From Squalus acanthias (taxonomy: Eukaryota), in the NCBI GenBank assembly GCA_030390025.1, contig CM059430.1:40362001-40426000 (forward strand): DNA of 64,000 bases, written 5' to 3'. Position numbers and translations under genes: made by a program. The notes under the pieces were generated by a model. The model saw only the letters and a list, made by a program, of their open reading frames with translations. It was not told the DNA's origin and did not search any database. Numbering within the stretch: the stretch's first letter is position 1; each line of letters begins with the position of its first letter. This document shows, in pieces, positions 23,601 to 37,400 of this stretch.

Positions 23601-26129
23601 TGGGAATGTAGTAAAGTGAAAAGCATTATTGGAACAGGGCTTTAGTGTTTATTTCACCCAATGTCCCTGCAAGTGATTGGCCTGGTAATAGGAAAGCAAA
23701 CATGAAAATGTGGTATAGATTTTTAGCCTCATTAAGGAAGCGCTCACCATTTAGCGTCAGTCAATCAATTATAATCAAGAGTAAAGACACACGGCATTAT
23801 TATAAAAGCACTGGCCCAGTGATGTTATATTGTAAATGAGGAGATCGGTCTGCGGTACGCATTCCATCTGCAGAGAAATCTTTTAAAATCAGCTTTGCAT
23901 TTCAGCAACCAAGTTGATCTGGAAAGTGATTCTAGCTAACAGGAGGGCGGGACATATCAAGGCTCCCTTTGAAAACGTGGCCGTTTAAAAGTGCGTATTT
24001 TAAGACAAAAAGGGAACAAATGATTTTTTTAAAGTTTCAGTAAAATCAAGCATTTCTTTTATGTATTTCTTGTAGCTTAATACTGTATTCTACCGATCCC
24101 CTATCTAACGCCGGCAAATGTGTTCTCATGGATGTTCGAGTTTTCGGACAGTACTTTGCTCTTTGCACCGAAGTTATTCAAACACGCAAAATTCCTCTAA
24201 AGCGTTCAACAAGCTGAAGAGAATTTTCAGTGGAATGGACCGACCTCATACATAAAGTCTGTGTGCGAGATGTAAGGGATTGCAAATGATACAAGCCGTC
24301 AATCATTCTCATAATCGTTGGTCTAAATAAAACATACAAGCCCTTCCTTAAAGATCCCAGACTTGCAAGTAGATTGAATTGTAAAAAGTAGCTCAGTTAT
24401 TTCCCCACTTTCTCTTTCGTTTCACCAGCCATTAACATTTGAGAATGACAAGCCCCACTTTTGTACAGCAGCTGTAAAACAGTATCTAGTTTGACCAGAC
24501 TGCAATGACGATGATGGTGCACCTTTATTGAGGTACAACTGCAACCGTGTATTGCCTTCCACAATTGGACGCACCCCTGTAAATGCCGCACTACCTTTCA
24601 ACTTTGTGCCATAGTTCTTGAAACATATGTGGCTATTGGCATGAACACCGCTTTTGTTGCACCTAATGAAAAGCTCACAAGATATTCCACATTCCAGAGC
24701 AGTCGTGATAATCCACTTCACGATTTAGTAAACTTGGGCCAATTGGCTGTAGTCATTAGGAAACAACTTGTCGTACAATACAAAATATTCTAGAGTTGAA
24801 AGAAAATGGGAATCAGAAAACGCTTCCTGTGGTAGCAATAATTTGCACAATCGACGTTGCATCAACCGTAAGCAGTCAATATAATTTCGTTTTTTAGTAA
24901 ATTTCCCAATTCCATAATAAGTAGAAAACAGCTTATACAATTATCAACAGTCTTATACGGCATATTATATTGCAACCCGTTACAGGTACTGTACACTTGG
25001 TTAAAGTAAATGCATTCTATATAACACACACACACACACACAGGTAGTGGCTTCGGCGCGATAACTAATTTAAGAGATAAGAGAAAACAAATATCCAGCA
25101 CAAAAGCAATTACCAGGGCTAAAGCCCAGCTCCTCCCATCAATAGTGACTGAAGGACGGAAGGAGCCTGATCTAATCGATACTGTAATTAAAGATCCTAT
25201 GAAGCGACCAGAGAGTGAGAAGCACGCGAAGAATTTATAATCCTGTCCCTGTGAGCACTTTATGAAGGAAAATCATTGGGAAAAGCTCCCACTGTCTCCT
25301 TCGATGTCAATACTGTGCGAACAGCAAGTAGGAGACAGCTCGAAAAGACTGTCAATAAGATCTGCTCGCTTTTTCTTTCATAGAAACAGCAGCGAGGAAT
25401 TATTTCCAGCGGAAAGGGGGCGTTTTGGCGAAAGGAATCTGTCCAATTCCCCCACGATCCCCTGCTAGCAGACGGCAGCGAAAATACCTCAATCAATTGG
25501 GTCAATATTAAAACGCAGTTTGATTAAGTTGCCAAACATCCTACACAATCTACTAGTTACTACTACTCTCGGGGAGGAATCTCTTTAACCAAGAGGCTGA
25601 CATTTTAGTCTCAGGCACTCATACTACTTTAATCTATAAAATACAAGTGCACGGACATTTAACTTAGGTACAAGATGCAGCCCAGCATGCAGGCTGTGTT
25701 TTCAAACGGAGTAGATAGGCAATAGGTTATCAGAGATATCACAAAGCTCTCTCTGTACATCAAGTTCGTCATCTAGTAGTTTAAGTCGACAACACTGGAT
25801 TATAATTACCAAGATGTTTATTAAAAAGTGTATAACTGATTTAATTTGATGCTGTACTATTGAAATATTTCACTTATTCCATTCATTGTTGCTGAGACTA
25901 GTCATAAGTTGCTTAGTGATATATTGCAAAAGGCGCATTCTCAGTCGTTACCTAGTAGTCTTTACATACGCCAAACCATGCAATAATGGAATGTCCTTAT
26001 CCTGGTGTAATTTTTTCAACCGAATCATCTTTTAAAATCACATCATTCTGAATTGTTGTTTTAACTCCTATAATGTTTTAGAAACTCCTCAGATTAGTAG
26101 TTTTCAAAAAGCGCTGCTGAATTGAATAG

Positions 26130-27385
26130 ATTTATTTTTTTTAAAGCCTTTTACAAATGGACACTTACCTAGTTTCGAAAATAGGTCAATTGGATTGAAG
26201 AGAGTGCACAGGGCCCCAAAAGCAAGTGTTTTAAGAGAGAAAGCAAAAATACACACGCATCAAGGGTGGCTGTTGCAAAACTCATGTATTTGATTAAATG
26301 AGTAAGAATTACAGTACCTCAGCTGTTAGTAGGTATTAAATTTTAGTGAAACTGGATCGTTTCTTCCAGCTTTCCAAGAAAGTGCATATATCAGTCACAA
26401 GGGTTTTTCATACCTAATACAAAATTATTACACAATAAAACACTATCTCTCGTCGGTCGGTGAAGATGAAGCTTTGTCTTAAGCAACGTACCGGTACAGT
26501 ATATACATTAATGATTTCCCTAGACATGTGTCATTATGATATATATATACACACAAGACATAATCTACAATAGCTTCATATTACTCCCTTCAAAGTTGTT
26601 CAAAAGATGCATTTACGTAGCAGCAATGTGAAAGTCCAGCACATTTTTCTTCTATACTAAATATACCTATGGGGCAGAAAACCTTATTGTATTTAAAGGT
26701 ACAATAACAGGAGTTTCCTTCTATGACCATCGTGCTTATTACTTCACTGAAACTCATCAACATTTAAGATGACGTAAGTGAAAAGCACAATACAAAGAAC
26801 CATTTAGAACATAAATGGTTTAACCTACAAAAAAAAACTTGCAATTTCACTTGGTGTTAAAAACAGTAAAGGGTAAACTGCTTACAGAGCAACGGCATCG
26901 ACATTCAGTTTGAAGTCTGCAATTTACAGTTATTTTGTTAATGGAAGGTATGACTGAACAATTAACTGATTGTGAATACTCCAGCAGACTACCAAAACTT
27001 TACATTATATATACAGACCTTTCTTAGTGAGGAATGGTCTTTTGAGGCATTGCACCAATGCCAGTCATGTTAAAACTAGATTACTCACAAATCATAAAAT
27101 AAGTTAATGCAAGGGCAAAAATCACCTAACAGAATAGGTCTGCAAATGCTAGGAAACTTACATGTTTAAAGCACTCTAGTCCATTAGTATATAGGCCAAG
27201 ATGCTGAAGACCAGTAGTTTACATTTGCAACTTGTTTGCAAAGCAAAGTTATTATCACTAATAAATAAGTTTTCATACAACACTAAAAGTTAGGCATTGT
27301 ACAAAAGGTGTTCTCACAACACTTTGGTCCATTGGCCTGAAAGACGCCCCAGATTACTTCCATTGTTGGAATGTTGACTGTCACT
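26130..27385 (-). other. SALL1: SALL1 3' UTR (end uncertain)
   Basis: AT-rich sequence after the stop. Candidate minus-strand AATAAA at 26136-26131, alternative at 25822-25817. Confidence 0.5.
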
Positions 27386-27826
27386 TTAGTTTGATACAAT
27401 TTCTTTGTTGTCTTCCACCAAGCAGGTGAATCTATGGTTCGTTCCATTTTCAGTGGCTGACATTTTCTCCAGACCAGCTAGAGGTGCACTGGGTTCAGTA
27501 CTGTGAAGCTTCTCCATGCTTCCCGTTAAACCACTGATGGGTGAGCTGCCACCATTGCCCAGACTAGCGGGGTTTGGAGGAAGTCCACCGTTCTGAATCA
27601 CTGAAATCTCATTGGTCTTCATTGCTAAGCCGTTCGTTAGTGCCGCTGCATACTGGTTCCAAAATGAAGAAGGGTCTCCATCGCGAGCCCGAACAGCCAA
27701 ATCCTTCTGAAGCATTTCTGTGAATTTAATAGGATTCCCGCCTAGGAATGCCATGGGACCATCCACTGAAAGACGCCGCCCTCGCCTTGCAGGGGCACTG
27801 TTCCACATGTGTGTCCCCATATGAAC
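27386..27826 (-). CDS. SALL1: Sal-like protein 1, coding exon 3
   Basis: Acceptor TTACAG| then [20 protein letters not shown]...[27 protein letters not shown]...[10 protein letters not shown]. It completes the last zinc finger in phase 0. Confidence 0.96.
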   Translation of the reverse strand, partial: VHMGTHMWNSAPARRGRRLSVDGPMAFLGGNPIKFTEMLQKDLAVRARDGDPSSFWNQYAAALTNGLAMKTNEISVIQNGGLPPNPASLGNGGSSPISGLTGSMEKLHSTEPSAPLAGLEKMSATENGTNHRFTCLVEDNKEIVSN

Positions 27827-29435
27827 CTGTAATGACGAAATCAAATGGAATAAAGTTAGGTCACGCAGCTACAGATGTATTGGGTACCAATGAAGACCTT
27901 GCTATACACGATCTATTCAAACGGATACTCTTTGGTAAAGAAAAATGCATGCACTTTGAGGCGATGAACGTCAATTGTACTGCATTTGGCTAAGACTGCT
28001 GCATCCAATTTCTTTGCGATAACTCATATTATATCTGACATCACTAACTCTACGAATAAACGTTCTTATAAGACAGGGATAAAATATCCTTTACTTGTCA
28101 GTCTGATTGCTCATCAGAGAAAAGCCACTGAAGGTTATTATTCCTCTCATATTACAGGGGCGATCCCAAGAGAAATAGTTTGTCAGAAGAAATCGGCACA
28201 CATTTATAGTGCTCAATGGCTCCTTAAATTAGGTACCAAACAGAAGTGCATTTAATTTTTTGCGTGTCTTTTTTTTCCCCACACGTTTAGTTAGCCCATT
28301 TTCTACAAGTGATCAATTAATCGTCAGGACGATACACGCATCGAATTTTATTAACTGTGTGTAAGAATTAATTGTTGCACAAATCACATACACACAATTT
28401 AAGCACACTGTAGTATTTCCCGCGAATATAAATTGCTCTTTGATTATTCTGGCATAAGGTCAATTTCTGTACTTTTGGCTCTCTAATATCACGCATTAAT
28501 TACACTTTCTATAATTTATTTTCCTATTCCCCGACCCCCCATCCCCTCAGCTACACACACAGCATTACCTCTGGATATCTTTACTGTGTAGAATGCTGCA
28601 ATATGCAGATATCTCGGCAGGCTTCTTGGCCAACCCATGAATACATACACTGAGACTGACAAAACCACCCTAAGGGAGAGGCCAGAGTGCTAATGCCGAC
28701 CAAGCTGGTATCCAATCTCAGGATCCCCATCCAAACCAGAATTTTATATTAGCAGATACCAGAGATCTTTCTTGTATTTTTTTAACTTCCCAGACAAACT
28801 ATTTGCTTATGTAGTCCACTCAAGAAAGGGATAAAAATATAACGTACAGTCAGTGGATGAGGTACTAAGGTGTGCAATGAGGCAATGAGGTGTGCAGGAG
28901 TCCTTTGATGGTTTTGGACTTCTTTAGCTATTTGTGTACAAATAAACCACAATAAATTCTGGGTCACAGACATTTTATTGTGTATTGCCAAGCACTTATT
29001 ATCATATCTATATCCCTTCTTCATGCATTATCCAACTTGTACAGAACATACATGTACTGAAGTATTACTGACCCTAATACAAACTAATAAAATATGTACA
29101 GTTCTGAAATAAATATGGAGTGCATAGTTTTAATTTCTCAGGCTCTAAAGTCAATTAAGGGAATTCACATTTATAGCTATTGTTTTAGTTAAATATATGC
29201 ACAGGTAGAATTGCATTGTTTATGAGTAGAATTGCATTGTTTGTTTAACAAAGCAAAACTATTTTTTACCTTAAATCAGGTAAAACAGTGTACACATCCA
29301 GTTTGTTCTCACCTTCCTCCTTACATATTTAAAGCTGGACAGTGTCACTAAATATTGCTCTGCTCCCATTTCAGCTTAATATCTAAACTACTTGCACTAA
29401 TTCAACATATTTGGGAACATAATGTAGGAAAATAC

Positions 29436-32400
29436 CTTCAGATTGCCTTTGGTGGTAAAAGCTCTTCCGCATATAGTACAGGCAAATGGTTTTTCTCCAG
29501 TATGTGTTCTCTCATGTATCTGCAGAGCGCTGGATGAGGAGAATGTTTTCCCACATGCTGTGCAATAATGCTGTTTTGGAGTTCTTCTTTGCGGTACTGG
29601 CAGGACAGGCGAGATAGCAGATGCAGACAGAGGCCCTGATGAAATAAGGCTAGCAGGTGGATCTTTACAGTCCTGGGAACACCCATGCATGAAACCATTG
29701 ACCTCAGTTTTGATTAAGGATGTCAAACTGTTGGCAGCCACATTTGAAGAGCTCTGATTAGGACCTACATTAGAGTTGTTGGGTTCAAACAGCTGAGATG
29801 GAAGGTCCCGCATCTGATGTGTCAACATGTGTTGCTTCAAATTACCCTTAGTGGAAAAGCCACGATTGCATACTGTGCAAATATATGGACGCTCTTTGGT
29901 ATGGCTTCTGTAATGAATGTCCAAGGCACTCTGACAAGCAAATGCTTTGCCACAGATATCACAAGATGTATTCCTTAACTTACCCCGATCTCGACTAGGA
30001 AACAGCATGCTTAAAGTATCATCTTTAATTATTCGTTCTGCATTACTGGAAGTCAGGTCCAAGGCACCACCATTGGTAGTTGCTGGAGATGCTGAATTAG
30101 ATAAATCTGACAGTAAAGTTCTGTGCTGTCTCTCTTCACAGCCTGGTGACTTTGACCTACGACTATCTGTGTTGCTGTTGGTTGGGGATGGAGCCTGCAT
30201 GGAAGAGGTAGATTCTGAAATGGCAGGACTTCCAGCACTTTGGCTCTCCATATCCCCTATCACTGAAAAAGAGTCACTAGTCATTTGGTCTCCATCAGCT
30301 GATCCATTCTCACCTGACCTGAGGCTTGCTTGGAGTTGCTCAACAAGACCAGCATTAATCATTTTCATTTGATTCTCAAGAGCTGCAATACTGGACATTT
30401 CTGATGGCAATGGAGATGGAGATGGAGATAAACTGCCTTGAGACACCTCTGCAGATTTGGGTGTGTCTGGTACACTACTGTCAGGACAATCTTCCATATT
30501 CTCATCTGAGTAGTCATCTATATCATCAAAATTTTTGTCTTCAAATGAAGCTGTGTCAGATTCCATAGATTCAGGATAGTTGTCAGCAACAGGAGTATTA
30601 GGAATCTGGCCTCCCATATGCATTCTAATGTGCTGTTGCAATACAACAGCATTTGTGAATTTCTTCTGGCAGATCGGACAAGAATGTTGAACTCTCAGTG
30701 GTGGCATGGCACGATGAACACCGTAATGGGTCTTCAGGTTTCCCTTAGTGGTGAATGCGCGACCACAGACTTTACATTTGAAGGGCCTCTCACCAGTATG
30801 TGTACGATAATGCATCTTCAGTGCACTATGGCAACTAAGAACTCGATGGCAAATGACACATTGGTTGGGGTCCGTCATCTTCCTGTCAATATTTTCTACT
30901 AGCTGCTGCAATTTCGAAGTTTCTGATGCCTGTAAAGAATCTAAGAGACCTCCAAATGGAAACTTTGACTTAAACTGGTCTGACATAAGTGGTATAAGTG
31001 GGCTTGTAAAAGCAGAAGTAGTACTTAGACCTGAATCCGATGCACTCGAGCTGACAGGGACAGCCAAGCTGGTGACAGAATTAATAGATTGTGTGTTTTC
31101 ATCTAGTTTACCATTTGAGGTAGGTGAAGCACTTTCTTCCACTTCGTCCAAATCATTAGCATTTTTCATGGAGGGCTCTGTTGCTCCCAAGTCACTCTTA
31201 ACTGAGCCAGGAGGGCTGCAAGAAGACTGATTAACTGAGATAGACTGACACTCCTCTGATTTGATAATAGCAGACAAACCTGATATAGTTGATGGGAGTG
31301 GCAGGCCCACAGATGTGGTCAATGTAGGTAATACAGGCTTACTATCCAGCCAACTTGTTATAGGTTTTTCAGGTGGTATAGACATTCCATATGGAATACC
31401 TGTATTTGTTGGAACGTTGTCTAAATGTTCTGGAACTGGATAGGGGTTCATATGAATATGGGGATATTTCTCTCTGTGCCTCTGAAAGTGAACCTTCAAA
31501 TTTCCTTTCGTGGAGAATCTGTTACCACAAATGTTACATTTATAAGGTCTCTCGCCAGTATGAGAGCGCAAATGAATCTGCAAGGCACTGTCACTTCCAA
31601 ACACTTTAGCACAGAACCTGCACTTGTGTTTAAAGAAAGCCTCATCAGAGCTGCTTTTAGTCTCAAATACTACCACATTTGGTGGCTTGCCTTTCCTTTG
31701 ATTTGCCAGAGCTGACATTGAGCCAAGGTTTCCTGAAGTTGTTTCAATGCTTGAGAGAGGGTTGGAAAACACAGAAGTGGATGTGGAGGACTGAGGTAGC
31801 AGTGAGCTGGACAAAACAGATGCAGGACTTAGTAAACTGCTAATTCCAAGAGCTGGTGTGGACACTGTAGATACTGAAGGACTGATCAACTGAGAACCAT
31901 TGATGGTATTTGTAGATACACTTTCAGAGGGCTGTATGGTACTAGGCAATGAGGATGTGTTTACTTTTGGAGAACTACTGCCAGGCTGAGCTATGGTGTT
32001 TCCAGGGTTGCTCTGAGGTAGATGAAATTGCTTTCCACCATTTATGCTGGCAGATTGGCTGGCAAGGCTCTGTGCTAGCCCAGCTGCAGCAGCAAGCTGC
32101 TGAGATAGATGTGAACTAAGTGTAGTTAATGGATTAACAGCAGTTCCTAAAGTACCTTGGGAAGAGTTGACTGGTGGTGGAATTTCTGCATTTTGGGAAG
32201 CCAATAAGATTATCTGGTGACGGATTTGTTCAATAAGCTGTAACTGATGGATCTGTTGTTGTTGCAAAGCCAGTAGTTGTTCCATAAGTGCGGGAACAGC
32301 AACTTTACTGTTTGATGCACTATTAGATCTTGTTTCCTGGGAGAACTGGGCTACTGCCACTTTAGTACTTTGAAGATTTTCAATGATCACATTACTGTTT

Positions 32401-32860
32401 AACATTGAGAAATTTCCCAGAGCTGTTAGATCACCTATATGAGGTAGAGGTGTTGTGACAGCTGAGGTACCCATTGTGGGATAATTACTGCTTGTATTAC
32501 TATTGTTATTACTGTTAGAACTGCTAACGTTACTGTTGCTAGTGATGCTGGAAGTGTCCACCTCCATGGATTCTTCCTGGTCAAGTTTTTTATGCTCTAC
32601 AAGGTCACTGCAGTCTGCTTGACTTGTGTTATTAATTTTGTCATTTGCTTCTTCAACGGGGTTATCAGGAGATCTTGGAGAGGAGGTTTCGGAAGGAGCT
32701 GTTGAATTTTCATTTACAATCAGAACCAATTGTTTCTTAGTGCAATTTTTTTTGTGATGAAGGAAATCGGGCAGTTCAAAGAACTCAGCACAACATCGGC
32801 CACAGACATGAGCATCCCCATTCTTAGTGACTCGTTCTTCTTGCCCTTCTCGTGAAGCTC
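29436..32860 (-). CDS. SALL1: Sal-like protein 1, coding exon 2
   Basis: Acceptor TTTTCTAG|, donor AAG|GTATTT; 3425 nt, phase 1 to 0. Encodes the C2HC finger ([11 protein letters not shown]), the Q-rich region [26 protein letters not shown], and four C2H2 clusters with SAL boxes F(S/T)TKGNLK. Segments such as DCSDL..H..LD.EESMEV and [26 protein letters not shown] match SALL1 as I recall it. Confidence 0.96.
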
Positions 32861-34364
32861 CTAGAAAATCAAAGGGACACGAGATTAGTCAACAAGCAGA
32901 CACAAAATCCCTCACCAAATATGGGACATGAACTACATGGAAGGAATAGGGAGGGTGGAAAAAAAAATCAATGTTTGAACAGCATAGATCTTACTTAGAA
33001 TGAAAATCTGTAAAGCTTGCATTTGGATTCCATCATTCACTAAATCTCAGTGAATCATGTACCTCAGACAATCCATCAAAATATAAAATTCTCCAAATTA
33101 AAGACATTGGAGCTTAATGAAATTCCATAGAAAGTATTGATTTCCAATATTTCATACACATCATCATCTCCTTGTCCACTGGGTGCAAATCAAACATTTG
33201 AGGACTCGTTAGACTCTCCAACAACTGTCAACTTTCTTCATTTCTAGCAGAATAAGAGAGGTCTTTGACAGTTCTCTCCCTGTCACTAAACCAATTTGTA
33301 ATCATTCAGATCCCAATCACTATGTGACAGGAGAAACAGAGACCATGTCACCTGGCTGCAGACAAGAGATGCTGAGATGTAATATCTAACTGTATCATGG
33401 ATACTCCTGAATCTTCCAGGTCTCGAGGCACCATGTTTTAAAGTCACAACCTACAGATATTCTAAAATAATTTTGTTATATCAACAGATGACTAAATGTA
33501 AAGTAATGCACAAAATATGCTCATCGTTATGTTTTCAATATATACCAAAATATGCACTGCACTTAACTCCTTAAAAAGACCATTTTTAAAAAAGATTGTT
33601 TGCATGTTCTAAATATTGCATAACATCCTTTAAAGCTTTATCATCTCTCCAGGATGGTCTACTGATGCTATTTTGATAAGCAATGTCAGAGGATCTCTTA
33701 AATTTCAAAATTGTTAACCTATTGTCTAACTTTCGTAGTTATTGTTTTATATGGCAGCATATATTGAAGGATATTTGAAAGGCTAAAAGGTCATATATTT
33801 CTACTGCTGTGTTTACATTGGTAGCTGAACGAGTTTGGTGGGCACTCTGGGTACCCATCTGAAAAACTACAATATTTACACTGCTGTGGACCTCTGACCT
33901 TTTAAATCCAGCAACACAGGTGCAGAGAAGGGACACCAGCATTGCAACTAGTTCACCACACTGGTGTCCTTTATTGCCTGGAGACATGCAAAGAGATCAA
34001 AGGCTCCCTCTACAACCAAACGAAGGCTTGTATATGTACTCTCATAGAACAGTTATAAAACTGGTACAATGCCATAGTCGAGAAATGGTTTTCATATTGG
34101 TATTCAGGGAGAAAATTTTACGGCTAGGTTTACTCCAAAGCAGTCCATACTGCAGTTAAGTTTCACGCTATAAAATGGATATAGTTGCATTATGTATTAA
34201 GATCAATTTACTTTTTTCATGTAGAACATTTAGGAATTCTTGTTGATATGCCATAAATGAAATGTTTTCCCAATAAGGGTTAAACATTTCTTTGAAATAT
34301 ATTTAGTCAGAGAAGCTAGAGTAATCAAACTTATTGTACATCTTTTTACAATTTGATAAGAAGA

Positions 34365-34466
34365 AAGAATTTGCATTTATATAGTTCCTCTCGTGACTTC
34401 AGGACCCCCCAAATCGCCTTACAGCCAATGAAGTAATTTTGAAGTGTAGTCATTGTTGTAATGTAA
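34365..34466 (-). mobile_element. Deu-domain SINE tail fragment in SALL1 intron 1
   Basis: TTGCATTTATATAG...ACAGCCAATGAAGTAATTTTGAAGTGTAGTCATTGTTGTAATG matches the 15.7 kb and 52.9 kb SINE ends. Confidence 0.65.
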
Positions 34467-37400
34467 TGATGCTACAAAACTGTTTCAAACTAGTTTTCAA
34501 TAAGTATCCGAAGAATAAATGACTAACAATTCCAAGGATACTCATTAAATATATTTTTTAAATGAAGTGACGAACATTAGAGCCATTATGTGATGCCATG
34601 AGTGGTGGGATGCAGGATCAATTCCCCATGGATTGCTGATATCAGCCAGCTCACTAAGTAAATGCCAAGCCGAGATCAAGAAAGAGGTACCACCTAATGA
34701 CTAGTTCAGAGCAGTACTGAAGCACCAGCAACAAATTGCTCACTTGCTTGGCCACATGACTGGAAGAAGGGAAAGTGCCCTCCAATCCCCAACAAGTATT
34801 GTACTCACAAAGATGAGTGATGTAGAATGGTACACTTTTCCTCTTTTGCACTTGATGTGGGCACTGTGCACTCAGATATAAAGTAAATCTCGCTTTATTT
34901 CCTCGCACTGAATGAAGTGTGCCTCTGAGTGCTAGGTATAACAAAATCTTACACATGTAAAAGAGCTAGTTTATAACTTTGATATGCCCAGCAGAGAGGA
35001 AAGCTTCCCCCATTGTGTCTTAATCTCCCAAACTCAGAAAAGCACCCTACTGTACCAATGTGAGTTTTCTATTTCCCAACACCAGTTATCTTTATGCCTT
35101 CTTATTTAGTGCCAATTTGTGGGCAAGTGGTTCATGCCCACTGGGCTATAGCTGAAAAAATTAATTTGACACAAAACCATGCAACTATCATAGAGTGGAA
35201 TCTTCAATCTAGTCTGAAGTACAATATAGATGCTGGAGATGACAACTGTGCCAGCTGTCCCCTTACTCAATCTACTTCTGATAATGCTTGGGCACCAGAG
35301 GACTGAAGAATTTACTGAGTTACTGATAATTATGGAAAATATAGATGTATACATACATATGCACACACATACATTCATACTAAGACCACCAACAAAAAGC
35401 AATGCAACAAAAAGTTACTGTATATTTTCAATTATATCCAATTTAAAACCTTTTAACTTTTGTAATTGCTTTATTAAATATGCTTCACTTACAAAAAAAT
35501 GAAGGAATTCAAAACTGTAGGAAAATACGTTGCATAATATAGGCTGTACACAAACGGTTATGGTATATAAATTAGAGATATCGAGAAATGAATGTCCTTA
35601 AAGATGACTGCTGAAGCAAAGACAATAGAAAAGGTTGCTCTATGCAAAGACTGACCTAATCTTGAGTATTAAATTGCTTAAACTGGTTCAAAGAGGCTTT
35701 GGAGGTTAATGGGTTATACAGTACTTCCCCGTGCCAGATTCTGGAATGATTTTTGACAAACAACATGTAGGCTGCACAGTTGGAAATATCTGTGTTAATT
35801 TGAAACATTTAGTTGCAAAATCTGATTTATTGATAAGCAAATTGTCCCCATTCAGACCATTCACTGAAAGATCCCTTTACTTCCTTTTTCATTCGCACTG
35901 GTTGCTTGCATTTCTCATCACACTGAGGATTAATTTGCAAATCAAACAAAAAATTTCAGCCCTCTAACCCACTTCATCCTTTTCAAGGACAGGATGGCTC
36001 CCTATTGTTTGCTCAGCATGAGGACAGCAACTTCTGTCTCACAATGGTGTGTGGTCATCAGGGAAGGCCCAGAAAGCTGATCTTGTTTAATTCAGGGATT
36101 ATCTCCCTGCATGTTTCCCTTTACTACAGAATTAGATAATAGAAAGTTGCCATGACATCAGAATCCAAGTCCATAGCAAAGCACAGGAACAATTAATTCC
36201 AGATATTGGGGAGATCATCTGAAATAATGTGGTTCAATTGCCACACTGCTCAAGTGTCTCTGGGCTACATTCAGAACAATGGCCGTTAATGTCATCTCCT
36301 GCAGTACATTCAGTTTAATACCTACAAAGTTGTAATTCTGTGACCTGCTGAGCTCTACTTTTAAATGCAGTTTTAGAAGTTATTTACATATTGTTGCACA
36401 CAGTCAAATCCAAAATGACCATAATTCTATGCATATCATAAACATTAAATTTACCAGAGCTGACAAGAAATGCACAAGAATTATTCCTCTGTCGTATTCT
36501 GAAAACAGATTATTAAAATATTAAGTTAATCATTATTCATGTCAACTTTAAAAACGAGCTTGTATGCCGAGGACTACGGGGAGAGTTTTTGGGAAGGAAA
36601 TCAAAATACAATGGCTCCAAGGAACACCAAAGTAGCAAGTGAATGATTTATCTGGCATCTGGCTCATTTTTGAAGTTTTTAAGCACACAGAGCCATCTGC
36701 GCTTAAGGAAATGACATTTGAGATATGATGGATTTTTACTAAATTACTTGGTTCATCTGTTGCATAAATTACACACGGATGTTCATGCTATAGTTCGCCT
36801 GTCCAAAAAATATTTGTGAAGGCATGAAAAATTTCACTTGGATTTTATATATATATGTCACACTCATTATACGTATCATTTTTCAAAGAGAATTATGAGT
36901 AAATCTGAGAATTTAGCAGCAATTCTAATTAATTGCCAATACTTGGCACATTAAAAAGTTATACTCCTTTGCCTACATGTTAGTAAGGCTCCCCACGTAG
37001 AGAAAAATACTTTTCAACTTGATCACATTTATCAAAACACAAAGGCACTCTAGAACCTGGTTTTGCTTGGTCAGCTGTGCTTAAACAAATAATTATCAAT
37101 ACAAACTAAATAACTACTGTGGGAAATCACAAGACCCACTTCATCAGTTTTGTAACTCAGCATGAAAAAAATCTGAAGCACAGACCCACAAGCTTAGTGT
37201 GGTCTGAATATATTAGTTAGTAATACTATTCAATACTGAATGTTAATTCTAGTGGAAACCTATCTAATTGCATTTTTAAAAAACTGAGCAAAAATAAAAC
37301 ACGAACCAATGAATCATACCTGCTATTAAAGTCACAATGTCAGAGCACAGTGTACGGTCCTAATCAACAAGATAAAGCCTCTAATTATTTTGCTTCTGGC

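Noticed and set aside
29438-31715. Antisense and alternate-frame ORFs within SALL1 exon 2
   Set aside because: Short shadow ORFs with no independent signal.
29397-32729. 1110-aa ORF as a single-exon gene
   Set aside because: It starts at an internal TTG and runs into intron 2 ([12 protein letters not shown]), cutting the last finger. Splice sites give the three-exon model.
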